64,000 nt of DNA from Candidatus Saccharimonadia bacterium (GTDB taxonomy: Bacteria > Patescibacteriota > Saccharimonadia > UBA4664), in contig DASXHH010000021.1 in NCBI GenBank assembly GCA_036488585.1, positions 1,478-65,477 on the forward strand, given 5' to 3'. The position numbers were made by a program, and so were the translations under genes. This document shows, one piece after another, positions 18,827 to 27,470 of the stretch (positions are counted from its first letter, which is position 1; each line of letters begins with the position of its first letter). The notes beneath the pieces are model-generated. The model was given only the letters and a program-made list of their open reading frames with translations. It did no database searches and was not told where the DNA came from.

Positions 18827-19465
18827 CTAACTTGGTTCAACTGCATTCATTGCGCCCTTAACTAAGACTGCTAAATCAGATGCACTTTGCAATGAATAGC
18901 TAAAAGGCTTATCAACGTGATCATAGATTTCACGAACCCAATTCTTCCACCCCGCCTTGTTCAACGGCTCCAGGCCCCACGCCTTAAGCTCGTGATCTAC
19001 CTTCCTCATAACCTTGTCCTCGCTACCCGCAGGGACTTTAAGCGCCTCAAGATCGAACAAGGTTGATATTCGTGAATAGTCAGAGAGCGACAGCACATCA
19101 CGTAGTGAATACTCGAACTCATCCGACTGCACAACATACATTCGACGCAACGATATCATCGCATCGGTATACCCCATTAGGGCAAAATAATGCAGGCTAG
19201 CCTCAAGCGAAGACTCTGGCACTAGATGCAGGAGAACTTCCTGCCGAGCATTATCTGCAAGACCACCACTTTTAGCCACCAACTCCTGAAGTCCGTCATT
19301 GATACGAAGAGTTACGGTACGATGACGATCCTCACCAGAGAAATCGATCATTACGCGAGTGATTTTTTGTACCGATCCAAGGGCCTGCATACGATCAAGC
19401 GTTGCATTTCTCTGGGCTGCAGACAGGATCGCCCGAGCTTCAATTTCAATTTTTGACATGCTCAA
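18827..19465 (-). CDS. hypothetical protein, weak CYTH-like (EIEAR... N-terminus); noticeably lower GC than the backbone
   Basis: 212-aa ORF with N-terminus KIEIEARAIL and later R-x-R and acidic motifs, weakly reminiscent of CYTH triphosphate-tunnel enzymes. Confidence 0.35.
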   Translation of the reverse strand: MSMSKIEIEARAILSAAQRNATLDRMQALGSVQKITRVMIDFSGEDRHRTVTLRINDGLQELVAKSGGLADNARQEVLLHLVPESSLEASLHYFALMGYTDAMISLRRMYVVQSDEFEYSLRDVLSLSDYSRISTLFDLEALKVPAGSEDKVMRKVDHELKAWGLEPLNKAGWKNWVREIYDHVDKPFSYSLQSASDLAVLVKGAMNAVEPS

Positions 19466-19568
19466 ATATTACTATCACTTCAAACAACGGCCAACCTGAT
19501 ACCCATAAAAATAAGGCTCCTTCAAGCCCCATCCTTAGTCAGAACCTAATCGGTACACCACAGCGCAC

Positions 19569-19587
19569 GATATTCGAACCAAAATCC
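19569..19587. repeat. repeat M2 copy 1 (GATATTCGAACCAAAATCC)
   Basis: 19-nt motif with a GTTCGAAC-type palindromic core. Shared with 21338..21356 and 21908..21926. Confidence 0.7.
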
Positions 19588-19609
19588 AGCAGAGTGCTAA
19601 ACTGCCAGT

Positions 19610-19876
19610 ATGATAAACAAGACCTTCACCGGAACCATCGGAGTCGAAATCAAAGGCAGCATATGGCCATGTGTTTTATGGTCGGAATCGAAAGAAGTAC
19701 TAGGAACTGGCAAGGCGACAAAGGTAAGGGCATCGGTTGACGGAAATCCGGTCATCACCGCCCTAATGCCATCAGGCTCGGGACCGCATATGCTGCCTAT
19801 AAGTAAGCCGCTTTTGAAAAAGCTGCACAAACAGATCGGTGATAGTGTAACCGTTGTTATTGTAGAGTTAGCTTAA
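19610..19876 (+). CDS. DUF1905-family protein
   Basis: FTGTIGVEIKGSIWPCV...VRASVDGNPVITALMPSGSGPHMLPISKPLLKKL matches the DUF1905 pattern. Confidence 0.55.
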   Translation: MINKTFTGTIGVEIKGSIWPCVLWSESKEVLGTGKATKVRASVDGNPVITALMPSGSGPHMLPISKPLLKKLHKQIGDSVTVVIVELA

Positions 19877-20164
19877 CAGCTTCTCAATCGCCCCATTACT
19901 CAGCCATAAAAAAGAGGCACCTTAAGTGCCTCTTTTTACTCAGGAAGACTTTGCGCCTATGTGGCTAACTAACTAACAAACTATTGTACAAACATCGGAC
20001 TAACAAACTTTCTTAACTCGACAGGCCACATTAAGAGCAACGGACTAAACTATTGGTCTTCCGCATATAAAACTATCAATACGATCGTTCAGAGTCAAGA
20101 GATATTTTTGATCATTTGCCCGGGAAGGGTAGGCAACAAAATAATTGCTTACACAAGCTTTAAT

Positions 20165-20189
20165 ATAAGCATAAGCTCTATGGTGCCCC
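20165..20189. repeat. repeat M1 copy 1 (ATAAGCATAAGCTCTATGGTGCCCC)
   Basis: 25-nt motif shared with 21874..21898 and 22415..22439. Its 3' part mimics the tRNA-Leu 3' end (TGGTACCGC). Confidence 0.8.
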
Positions 20190-20396
20190 TTAGCGGATGC
20201 TTAGCGAACCAGAGATTAAAAAGCGGATCGACAAGAAGACGCCCCTCCTAGGCGCCTTCGAGAAGTATCGAAGATGCCCCGAGGGGCGGAAGTCAGGCCC
20301 TAGCCCTAAAGCCAAGACCGTAGAGAAGCCCTCCATCGGTGACGATCATACTGCCAACCTTCATGGAGATTCCGAAGATGGCTAGAAGCGACTTAG

Positions 20397-20696
20397 TTAC
20401 CTGAACATGTCAGGAGCATAGGTCGACGCCACTGTGCCGTGCGGCACAGACCATAGCTCGAGTCTTGTCCAGACTCGCATTTCCGGGCTAGCCTCCCGTA
20501 GAACCTGCGCGAGATCGGCCGGCTCCGTAACATCAAATGCATACTCGATGCCTTCGTTGGCAACGATTGCTACCAGTGCACGTCGGTACTCCGCTCGAGG
20601 CTGTTCGCCGTCAGACTGGTAATCAATCCGCCGCGCCGATCGGTCCTCGATCGCCTCTCGCACACTCTCAATTGAAACGTACTTCCATCCAGGCAT
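20397..20696 (-). CDS. hypothetical protein (island cargo)
   Basis: 99-aa ORF with SD GGGGA 8 nt upstream. Confidence 0.4.
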   Translation of the reverse strand: MPGWKYVSIESVREAIEDRSARRIDYQSDGEQPRAEYRRALVAIVANEGIEYAFDVTEPADLAQVLREASPEMRVWTRLELWSVPHGTVASTYAPDMFR

Positions 20697-20842
20697 GGCA
20701 TATTCCCCTCGATGCCCTCTGACGATTGGTACATTATAACATAAATATGTAAACCGTCAAACCACACAAGACCTCACTAGATACAGCGTATTGTAAAAGC
20801 AATAATGCAATGTTATAATAACTATCGCCCTACCGCCGGAAA

Positions 20843-21205
20843 ATGGAGCAACAGATGCATCCTGGCAGAACAATGTTGCGGCTAAGCGGACTCATGTTCT
20901 TCGCCGCACTAATTGCATTGATCAGCGGCCTGGTCGCCGATCACGCTCGCAACGGCTTCATCGCAGCCCTCCCACTCACGCTCGCGGGCTGCGGCCTGTT
21001 CCTTATAAGCAGCCACCAACGCTCCTTCCAGAGCTCCGTACTATCACTCATAGGCTCTTTCTTGGTGTGCTCAGCCGTACTGCTAGGCGTTCTTCTCGGC
21101 CTAGTCGTGACAGCAGCTCCTGCTGCGCTAATCGGTCTAGGGCTCTTCATGGTAGGCCTCGTCCTCTGGGTAACCGGAGGCCTACTGCTTCGTCGAAGCC
21201 AATAG
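20843..21205 (+). CDS. small polytopic membrane protein (island cargo)
   Basis: 4 TM helices. An alternative start is at 20855. Confidence 0.45.
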   Translation: MEQQMHPGRTMLRLSGLMFFAALIALISGLVADHARNGFIAALPLTLAGCGLFLISSHQRSFQSSVLSLIGSFLVCSAVLLGVLLGLVVTAAPAALIGLGLFMVGLVLWVTGGLLLRRSQ

Positions 21206-21337
21206 CCTGACTGGCAGCAACCATCCGCGGCGCGAAGGGGCAGGGTGGGCGAACGGCCCCACCACCCCCACGGCTCAAGTATATGCTTGGGTCGTTTTTC
21301 GTTTAGAAACTAGGCTTCATCACTTTCGCGCTCGAGA

Positions 21338-21356
21338 GATGTTCGAACCAGAATCC
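21338..21356. repeat. repeat M2 copy 2 (GATGTTCGAACCAGAATCC)
   Basis: Seen directly. Confidence 0.7.
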
Positions 21357-21474
21357 GCGCAGCAGCAGTAACAGCGACTCCAACAATTCTTTAAATCGGA
21401 TATAGACAGTGCAGCGCCACCCCGCAAAACGGAGTGGCGCTTTAGGCACAAGAAGTAATGAGCCGACGCTTGGG

Positions 21475-21774
21475 TCACATCACGCGAGACAAGACAGTGA
21501 GCGCCTCTCCCGCCGAGGGGTGCGTGGCATATGGCGTACCACCCGAGCCGGTGCCCGTGATGATGCTCTCAAACCAGGGACGCGAATCACCCGCGTGGTA
21601 CATGAGACAGATCTCGCGGCCGCCCAGGAGACGACGCCTGGCTTCGAATCCTCCGTTCATCGTCTCTCCGACATATCGCCAGCCATCGCGCGATCTTGCT
21701 TCGACTGCGGACTGGAAGTCCGCGACCGTAATCGCTGAGGACTGGCTTACCTTCGGATCGTCATCAGACATAGC
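21475..21774 (-). CDS. hypothetical protein (island cargo)
   Basis: 99 aa from MSDDD with SD GAGG 9 nt upstream. The 269-aa extension in the ORF track is probably an over-call. Confidence 0.4.
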   Translation of the reverse strand, partial: AMSDDDPKVSQSSAITVADFQSAVEARSRDGWRYVGETMNGGFEARRRLLGGREICLMYHAGDSRPWFESIITGTGSGGTPYATHPSAGEALTVLSRVM

Positions 21775-21873
21775 TGATAACCTCATTTCGATCTTGTGAG
21801 AAGTTCTACAGACTAAAATATTATAACACGCGAACGACGAGAACACAAGTTTCCAAAGCCATGGATCGGTATA

Positions 21874-21898
21874 ATAAGCATAAGCTCGATGGTACACC
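21874..21898. repeat. repeat M1 copy 2 (ATAAGCATAAGCTCGATGGTACACC)
   Basis: Seen directly. Immediately followed by M2 copy 3. Confidence 0.8.
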
Positions 21899-21907
21899 AC
21901 AGTCATC

Positions 21908-21926
21908 GATGTTCGAACTAAAATTC
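21908..21926. repeat. repeat M2 copy 3 (GATGTTCGAACTAAAATTC)
   Basis: Seen directly. Confidence 0.7.
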
Positions 21927-22038
21927 GTTTTGCGAATAGTCGATAGTATGCCCATCCGACCGGCACAAGCATTGTGTTTTTGACACAACCATGATATAAT
22001 ATTAATGTCAATTCAGACGAAGCCGGAAGGGACGTGCC

Positions 22039-22224
22039 ATGGCTAGGCACAAGCACAAGTGGGACAAATGGATCGATTTCCCCGGAACCGCCCGGAACAT
22101 TAGAGGCCTGCGTGGCCTCGGCGTGCGGCGCGAGATGCAGCAGGTCCGGAACTGCACAAACGAAAAAGGCACCTGCGACAAGGGCTGGAAAGAGACCCGC
22201 TGGCATCCAACCAAACGCTGGTAG
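22039..22224 (+). CDS. small basic hypothetical protein (61 aa)
   Basis: ORF inside the tRNA-proximal module. Its 3' end and the downstream GC hairpin are tandemly duplicated. Confidence 0.3.
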   Translation: MARHKHKWDKWIDFPGTARNIRGLRGLGVRREMQQVRNCTNEKGTCDKGWKETRWHPTKRW

Positions 22225-22294
22225 TTGCAAAGCGGCCGCCCACCCTCCAACTAGACGCTGGTAGTCGCAAAGCGGCCGCCCCACCCTCCATGGG
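22213..22294. repeat. tandem duplication, 2 x about 40 bp (ACGCTGGTAGT(T/C)GCAAAGCGGCCGCC(C)CACCCTCCA)
   Basis: Seen directly. It duplicates the ORF stop region plus a GC-rich hairpin. Confidence 0.75.
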
Positions 22295-22414
22295 TAGGGC
22301 GGCCGTCATACTTCTATAAGCACAAAAATGCCCGAAAGCTCACGCCTGGCGAAAATATTCGACTACAGCTTTATTGAACGGCCCCAAATAAATAAAAGAC
22401 CCACGAGGTCTTTT

Positions 22415-22439
22415 ATAAGCATAAGCTTTATGGTACCGC
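22415..22439. repeat. repeat M1 copy 3 (ATAAGCATAAGCTTTATGGTACCGC), overlapping the tRNA-Leu 3' end
   Basis: Seen directly. Its last 9 nt are the complement of the tRNA acceptor end plus CCA. Confidence 0.8.
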
Positions 22440-22516
22440 TGGTCGGACTCGAACCGACACGGAGTTGCCCCCACTTGATTTTGAGTCAAGCGTGTCTACC
22501 ATTCCACCACAGCGGC
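22431..22516 (-). tRNA. tRNA-Leu (anticodon CAA), class II with long variable arm and encoded CCA
   Basis: Reverse complement reads GCCGCTG-TG-GTGG...anticodon loop CTCAAAA...variable arm...GGTTCGAGTCC...CAGCGGT-A-CCA, 86 nt. Confidence 0.85.
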
Positions 22517-22629
22517 ATATGTTAAGTTGTTAAAGGTATTATATCATTGTATAATATCAAATTGCTAGTTGTGCTTGGTGGAAGCACGTAAACCAGACTA
22601 TCATAGTTACAGTAGGGTAAACAAACGTT

Positions 22630-23727
22630 ATGGCCTCTGAATTCGATACTTTGAACTTAGGATCGCTTCGGCGCGGGCAGACGCACCAGGTTCACCATCC
22701 CCAAACCCCCGAAGCGCCACTCCGCCCCACCGAGCCGGCGATTCACCCGGAAGCGGCAGCGGCTGCGCGCGAGCGCATCGCCCGGCTACATCAGTCTAGC
22801 GTCTTGCCGCATCCCGAAGCTATACCCGCCACCCCCACCGCCGACCTCATCACCGACCGCGCCACTCTAGCCAAGCAAGCTACCCGGGCTCATATAGCGA
22901 GTCGCCCACGCATTCCTTCAGTCTTGCAGCCAATTATTACGGCCGTGGGCGTGTTTTTGCTCGTGTTGCTCTTGTTTAAAGCCCCGATTCTGCTCAGTCA
23001 ACTCGGCTACTCGTTCGGGCACAAAAACAATACATCCACCCAGAACACTCCGGTCACCGACGCCGCCATACCGGCCACCAACACCATTACCATCTCCAAG
23101 ATCAACGTCCACGCTCCCGTAGTGTATGAGCCAAGCGTGCAGGAAGCCGCCGTTCAGCAAGCACTCGAAAATGGTGTAGTGCATTACGGCAACACTCCAG
23201 CGCCGGGCCAAAACGGCAACGTCGCGATCTTCGGCCACTCCTCGAACGACTGGTGGGAGCCCGGTAACTACAAATTCGTGTTCGTACTACTCGACAAACT
23301 CGCGCCCGGCGACCTCGTTACTATCGATTACAATCAGGTGCGTTACACCTACCAAGTCACCGGCAGCCAGATCGTTGACCCCACCGACGTGGCAGTTCTT
23401 AACCCCACGCCCACGCCCACGCTCACCCTCATTACCTGCTCGCCGCCCGGCACCTCGCTGCGACGGCTGGTGGTGACCGCCAAGCAGATCAGCCCCGACC
23501 CCAGCAAGGCTACTAGAACCACCCCAGCCGCAGCCAGTGCCACGAGCTCGGGCGGCAACTTGCCTAGCTCCGCGCCCAGCTTCCTCACTCAAATTCAGCA
23601 GGCCTGGAACGGCGTGGTACAAGGCTTTGAATCGGTCTTCGGTGGCGGCAGCTCAAACGGCACCGGCACCTCACCCAGCCCATCGTCGTCCGGTTCCACT
23701 CCTAGCCAGCTTCCAGCCATCAAGTAG
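22630..23727 (+). CDS. sortase-family transpeptidase (N-terminal TM, C-terminal Ser/Pro-rich tail)
   Basis: Catalytic-region motifs GNVAIFGHSS (His), TLTLITCSPP (Cys) and RRLVVTA (Arg). Confidence 0.8.
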   Translation: MASEFDTLNLGSLRRGQTHQVHHPQTPEAPLRPTEPAIHPEAAAAARERIARLHQSSVLPHPEAIPATPTADLITDRATLAKQATRAHIASRPRIPSVLQPIITAVGVFLLVLLLFKAPILLSQLGYSFGHKNNTSTQNTPVTDAAIPATNTITISKINVHAPVVYEPSVQEAAVQQALENGVVHYGNTPAPGQNGNVAIFGHSSNDWWEPGNYKFVFVLLDKLAPGDLVTIDYNQVRYTYQVTGSQIVDPTDVAVLNPTPTPTLTLITCSPPGTSLRRLVVTAKQISPDPSKATRTTPAAASATSSGGNLPSSAPSFLTQIQQAWNGVVQGFESVFGGGSSNGTGTSPSPSSSGSTPSQLPAIK

Positions 23728-23751
23728 TAATTTTCCGCCAATGCTGGGGAG

Positions 23752-25164
23752 CTACGGCCGGACGATCGCCTGCTCGATGCGCACATTGTCCCCATCGGGA
23801 CTAAACAAGGTCAAGCTCTTGGTGTCCGAGGAACCGTAGCTCGGCAAACCTGCGATTCCAGTGCCCAAATCAACGCGGTTGGCGCCGTCAAACTCGCTCC
23901 AATATAGTCGGCCCGAGCGGGTGAGCAGCAGATGGTAGTTATCAAACCAGTTCAAGGCCTCTAAATTACCCGGCTGGTCAGTCACTGTGTACGACACTAG
24001 CTGGGCCCGAACGAGTGACTGCTCCAAATCGTAGGTGGTAATCGAAGTAGGTGACGTAAATGCCAACAAGTGACCGTCCGGCGAAAAGCTAGCTCGCGTT
24101 ACGCCGTGCGCCACAATCTTGGCCACCGGATTGTTCCCGAAGATATCACTGTAAAGAGTGCCAACCTCGGTCTTGGCCGGCACTACCGCCAGCTCGTCCT
24201 CGCCGCGGTAGGTCGCAAACGACACATCATAGCTGTCACTCTGCGCTAGCGCCTCAATCAACTCCTGGTGCTTATCGCCGCTAGCCAAGCTCCACAGCGA
24301 CCTGCCGGTATCGGTTTCCTGTACATACAACACCCGGTCGGTCGTAATCCAAAACTGCGTCACCTTGTCGGCCAGCACTGCCGAGATCGCCTGCGAACCC
24401 ACATCCAGCCGACGCAAACCCTCCGGCGAAATCCAATACATTTGCCGCCAGTTGGAACCCGAAAACTTCAGTCCCGAAAAATCCTCTTTATACTGGTCGG
24501 TTAAGTCGGTCGGCTCACCACCCGAGGCTGCCGCCAGCCGATACACTGTTTGCGTGCCCACCTGCGACATAATCAACAAATGCGAGGCATCATCCGACCA
24601 GGCCACGTCCCGCAACACCTCGGCCGAACTGCCAGCTGTGGTCGGTGTAGCAACGACGGCCACCTTGGGCGTATACAGCTTAACTGGCTTGCCACTAGGC
24701 AAATCCAGCGTGTAGAGGGCACTATTATCGCCCCCGGTCACATACGCCAAGTGCCGGTGGTCTTTCGAAATACTTTGGGCCACGATTTGTTTCCGCGTGT
24801 CCATCACATTTATCTTCATGCTCTTCGGCAGCAAAATAACGTACCGCGCCAGCGTTACCTGCCCAGCCCACACCTGAAGGGTTTTCTGCCAAGACCAATA
24901 GCCGTCTTTGCTTAGTGCGAAAGTGTGCGTCCCCACCTTAAACGCGGCCTGGAACGGTGTCTTCTTGGATAACTCTTTGCCGTCCACCGTAACTTTGAGA
25001 TTACCGGGCAGGGAATCCAAAATTACATGACCCTTTTGAATAATCTTATGGGTCGAAAAATCGTAAGCGTAATCGTTCCCATACGCCACCAGCGCGAACG
25101 TTACCCCGACCAATAAAATGGTCAGGGCCGAATATCCGAAAGCAATAAGTACGCGCCGCAGCAT
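23752..25164 (-). CDS. membrane-anchored PEGA-domain / beta-propeller-like protein
   Basis: N-terminal TM and a PEGA-like segment (GNLKVTVDGKELSKKTPFQAAFKVGTHTFALSKDGY), then a long repeat-rich beta region. Confidence 0.5.
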   Translation of the reverse strand: MLRRVLIAFGYSALTILLVGVTFALVAYGNDYAYDFSTHKIIQKGHVILDSLPGNLKVTVDGKELSKKTPFQAAFKVGTHTFALSKDGYWSWQKTLQVWAGQVTLARYVILLPKSMKINVMDTRKQIVAQSISKDHRHLAYVTGGDNSALYTLDLPSGKPVKLYTPKVAVVATPTTAGSSAEVLRDVAWSDDASHLLIMSQVGTQTVYRLAAASGGEPTDLTDQYKEDFSGLKFSGSNWRQMYWISPEGLRRLDVGSQAISAVLADKVTQFWITTDRVLYVQETDTGRSLWSLASGDKHQELIEALAQSDSYDVSFATYRGEDELAVVPAKTEVGTLYSDIFGNNPVAKIVAHGVTRASFSPDGHLLAFTSPTSITTYDLEQSLVRAQLVSYTVTDQPGNLEALNWFDNYHLLLTRSGRLYWSEFDGANRVDLGTGIAGLPSYGSSDTKSLTLFSPDGDNVRIEQAIVRP

Positions 25165-25182
25165 TGTTGCTATACTTATACC

Positions 25183-26187
25183 ATGTTCTCGAAACGGATT
25201 GCGATAGACCTCGGCACTGCCAATGTGCTCGTGTATCTGCCCAAGCGCGGCATTGTAGTAAACGAGCCGAGCGTGGTAGCGATAGATGACACCAACAAAA
25301 TCGTGGCCATCGGCGCCGAAGCCAAAGAAATGCTCGGCCGCACGCCAGATAACATCCAGGCTTCACGGCCACTGCGCGACGGCGTAATCGCAGATTACCG
25401 CATTACCCAGGCCATGATCCGCCACTACATCGCCCGGGTCTCGGGCGGTTTCAGGCTTAGCCGTCCAGACGTAATGGTGTGCGTGCCGGCCGGCGCCACC
25501 TCCACCGAGCGCCGCGCCGTGATCGACGCCACGCTGGCCGCCGGTGCCCGCGCCGCCTATATTATCCGCGAACCTGTAGCCGCGGCCATCGGCGCCGGCA
25601 TCCCCATCGCCTCAGCAGCTGGCAATATGGTAGTGGACATCGGCGGTGGCACCACCGAGATCGCCATCCTGTCGCTCGGTGGCGTGGTAGCCCAACACTC
25701 GATCCGCGTGGGTGGCAACCGCCTCGACAGCGCCATCTCCGACTACATCCGCCGCACCTACGGCCTGGCCATTGGCGACCGCACCGCCGAAATCATCAAG
25801 CAGCAGCTCGGCACCGCCCTCATGCTCACCCGTGACAAGACCATGGAAATTCGCGGCCGCGACATTATCGCCGGCCTGCCCAAAACCATCACCATTCGCG
25901 CCAACGAAATCACCGGCGCCCTCACCGATGAGCTTGAAAAAATCATCCAGGCCATCCGGGTAGTACTCGAGCAAACCCCACCCGAGCTCAGCTCCGACAT
26001 CATCGACCGCGGCATGGTCCTCACCGGTGGGGGAGCGCTCCTGCAAAACCTCGACAAAATGCTCACGCAAGTCACGGGCGTACCATGCGTGGTCGCCGAA
26101 GAACCCCTGCTGTGTGTCGCCCGCGGCACCGGCATCGCCCTCGACAACCTCGAAGAATACAAACGCTCACTCGTCGCCGTTAAGTAA
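25183..26187 (+). CDS. mreB: rod-shape-determining protein MreB
   Basis: Actin-fold motifs IAIDLGTANVLVY, VDIGGGTTEIAI and LTGGGALL, 334 aa. Confidence 0.9.
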   Translation: MFSKRIAIDLGTANVLVYLPKRGIVVNEPSVVAIDDTNKIVAIGAEAKEMLGRTPDNIQASRPLRDGVIADYRITQAMIRHYIARVSGGFRLSRPDVMVCVPAGATSTERRAVIDATLAAGARAAYIIREPVAAAIGAGIPIASAAGNMVVDIGGGTTEIAILSLGGVVAQHSIRVGGNRLDSAISDYIRRTYGLAIGDRTAEIIKQQLGTALMLTRDKTMEIRGRDIIAGLPKTITIRANEITGALTDELEKIIQAIRVVLEQTPPELSSDIIDRGMVLTGGGALLQNLDKMLTQVTGVPCVVAEEPLLCVARGTGIALDNLEEYKRSLVAVK

Positions 26188-26225
26188 CAATCAAACCATT
26201 GCCTAAAAGTTATATACTTTAAGCC

Positions 26226-27470
26226 ATGACCCTTAAGCGCGGAATTCAGGCCGGACTGTTAGCGCTCGTAGCAATAATGCCGTTCCACGCGTTTCTGAGC
26301 GTGTGGATTGGTACCGTTACCCATCACCAGGCCATAATCCAAGCCTGGAAAGAGGCCTTGCTACTGTTACTCGCCGTCCTCGGGCTAATACTGACACTGC
26401 GCGATCCCGAAACCCGCGACCGACTGCGCTCCTGGCCGGTGTACATGACCGGCCTGTTCGCAGTCGTCGCCGTACTCGTTACCGCGTTCACCCGGCCGTC
26501 GCTTACCGCTATAGCCTTTGGCGCCAAGACCGACCTCGAATTCCTAGTGGCCTTCGTGCTCGCCATCCTGGTAGCTAGCCCGCAGTTCGTACGGCGAATG
26601 ATTTGGGCCATACTCGTTCCCTCAATCATCGTGATCGGCTTCGGCTTATTGCAAATATTTGTCCTGCCCCCCAACTTCCTCACTCACTTCGGCTATGGCG
26701 TACACACCATCCTCCCTTACGAAACCCTTGATTCCATCGACCAGAACTTGCGTTTTGAGTCTACCCTCGGCGGCCCGAACCAGCTTGGCACCTATTTAAT
26801 ATTGCCGATGGCTCTGGCAGCCTTAGTAGCGCTCCGACGCCAATGGTTATGGTTATTGCCTGCACTCGGAGGGGTAGTCGTACTAATTCACACCTACTCC
26901 CGGGCTGCCTGGCTCGGCACCATTGTAGCGGGCATAATATTGGTACTCGGCTTAATTCCCAAACATCTAAAGTTGTGGGCCTCTGGAGTCATTGCCACGC
27001 TCTGCCTGGCAATCGCCGGCGTGGCCGCCTACCTAGTAAAACAGGGTAGCCACCTGCAATATTACCTACTTCACACCAGCACGCACTCCGACGAGCAGCA
27101 CCTCGAATCCCTCAACCTCGGCCTCACCGGCAGTCTGTCACGGCCCCTTGGGCATGGATTGGGCACCGCCGGCCCAGCCTTCTTTCATACGGGCCAAGGC
27201 ATCATCATAGAAAACTATTACCTCCAAATCGCCTATGAAACCAGCTGGGCGGGCATCATTATATTCGTGCTACTGCTTGCAGCCACCGCCCGCGAGCTAG
27301 CTCACCGCGCAACCCACGACGACCTGGCCGCTGCCACCCTGTCCGCACTCGTTGGGGTATCCGTCACCTCACTGTTCTTGCCCGCCTGGACCGACTCCAG
27401 CACCGCCCTCATCGTCTGGACAGCTGCCGGTGCCGCCATTGGCTCTCCGCGAAGACACAACCGTGTCTAA
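26226..27470 (+). CDS. O-antigen ligase / polymerase family membrane protein (Wzy_C-like)
   Basis: About 10-12 TM helices with a periplasmic-loop motif HTYSRAAWLG typical of the Wzy_C/WaaL family. Confidence 0.6.
   Translation: MTLKRGIQAGLLALVAIMPFHAFLSVWIGTVTHHQAIIQAWKEALLLLLAVLGLILTLRDPETRDRLRSWPVYMTGLFAVVAVLVTAFTRPSLTAIAFGAKTDLEFLVAFVLAILVASPQFVRRMIWAILVPSIIVIGFGLLQIFVLPPNFLTHFGYGVHTILPYETLDSIDQNLRFESTLGGPNQLGTYLILPMALAALVALRRQWLWLLPALGGVVVLIHTYSRAAWLGTIVAGIILVLGLIPKHLKLWASGVIATLCLAIAGVAAYLVKQGSHLQYYLLHTSTHSDEQHLESLNLGLTGSLSRPLGHGLGTAGPAFFHTGQGIIIENYYLQIAYETSWAGIIIFVLLLAATARELAHRATHDDLAAATLSALVGVSVTSLFLPAWTDSSTALIVWTAAGAAIGSPRRHNRV

Noticed and set aside
21636-21662. GGCTTCGAATCCTCC resembles a tRNA T-arm
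   Set aside because: There are no complementary T-stem or acceptor-stem partners around it. It lies inside a coding-like frame.
21475-22284. 269-aa minus-strand ORF from the track
   Set aside because: The upstream 170 codons cross AT-rich intergenic DNA, the M1/M2 repeats and the 22039 ORF. An SD-supported internal start at 21774 gives a compact 99-aa gene.
22213-22294. Possible CRISPR array
   Set aside because: Only two direct units with no intervening spacer, and no cas genes in the window.
17770-22620. Integrase or recombinase for the tRNA-adjacent island
   Set aside because: All six frames were checked. No ORF has tyrosine-recombinase (R..H..R..Y) or serine-recombinase motifs, so the island is reported as integrase-less.
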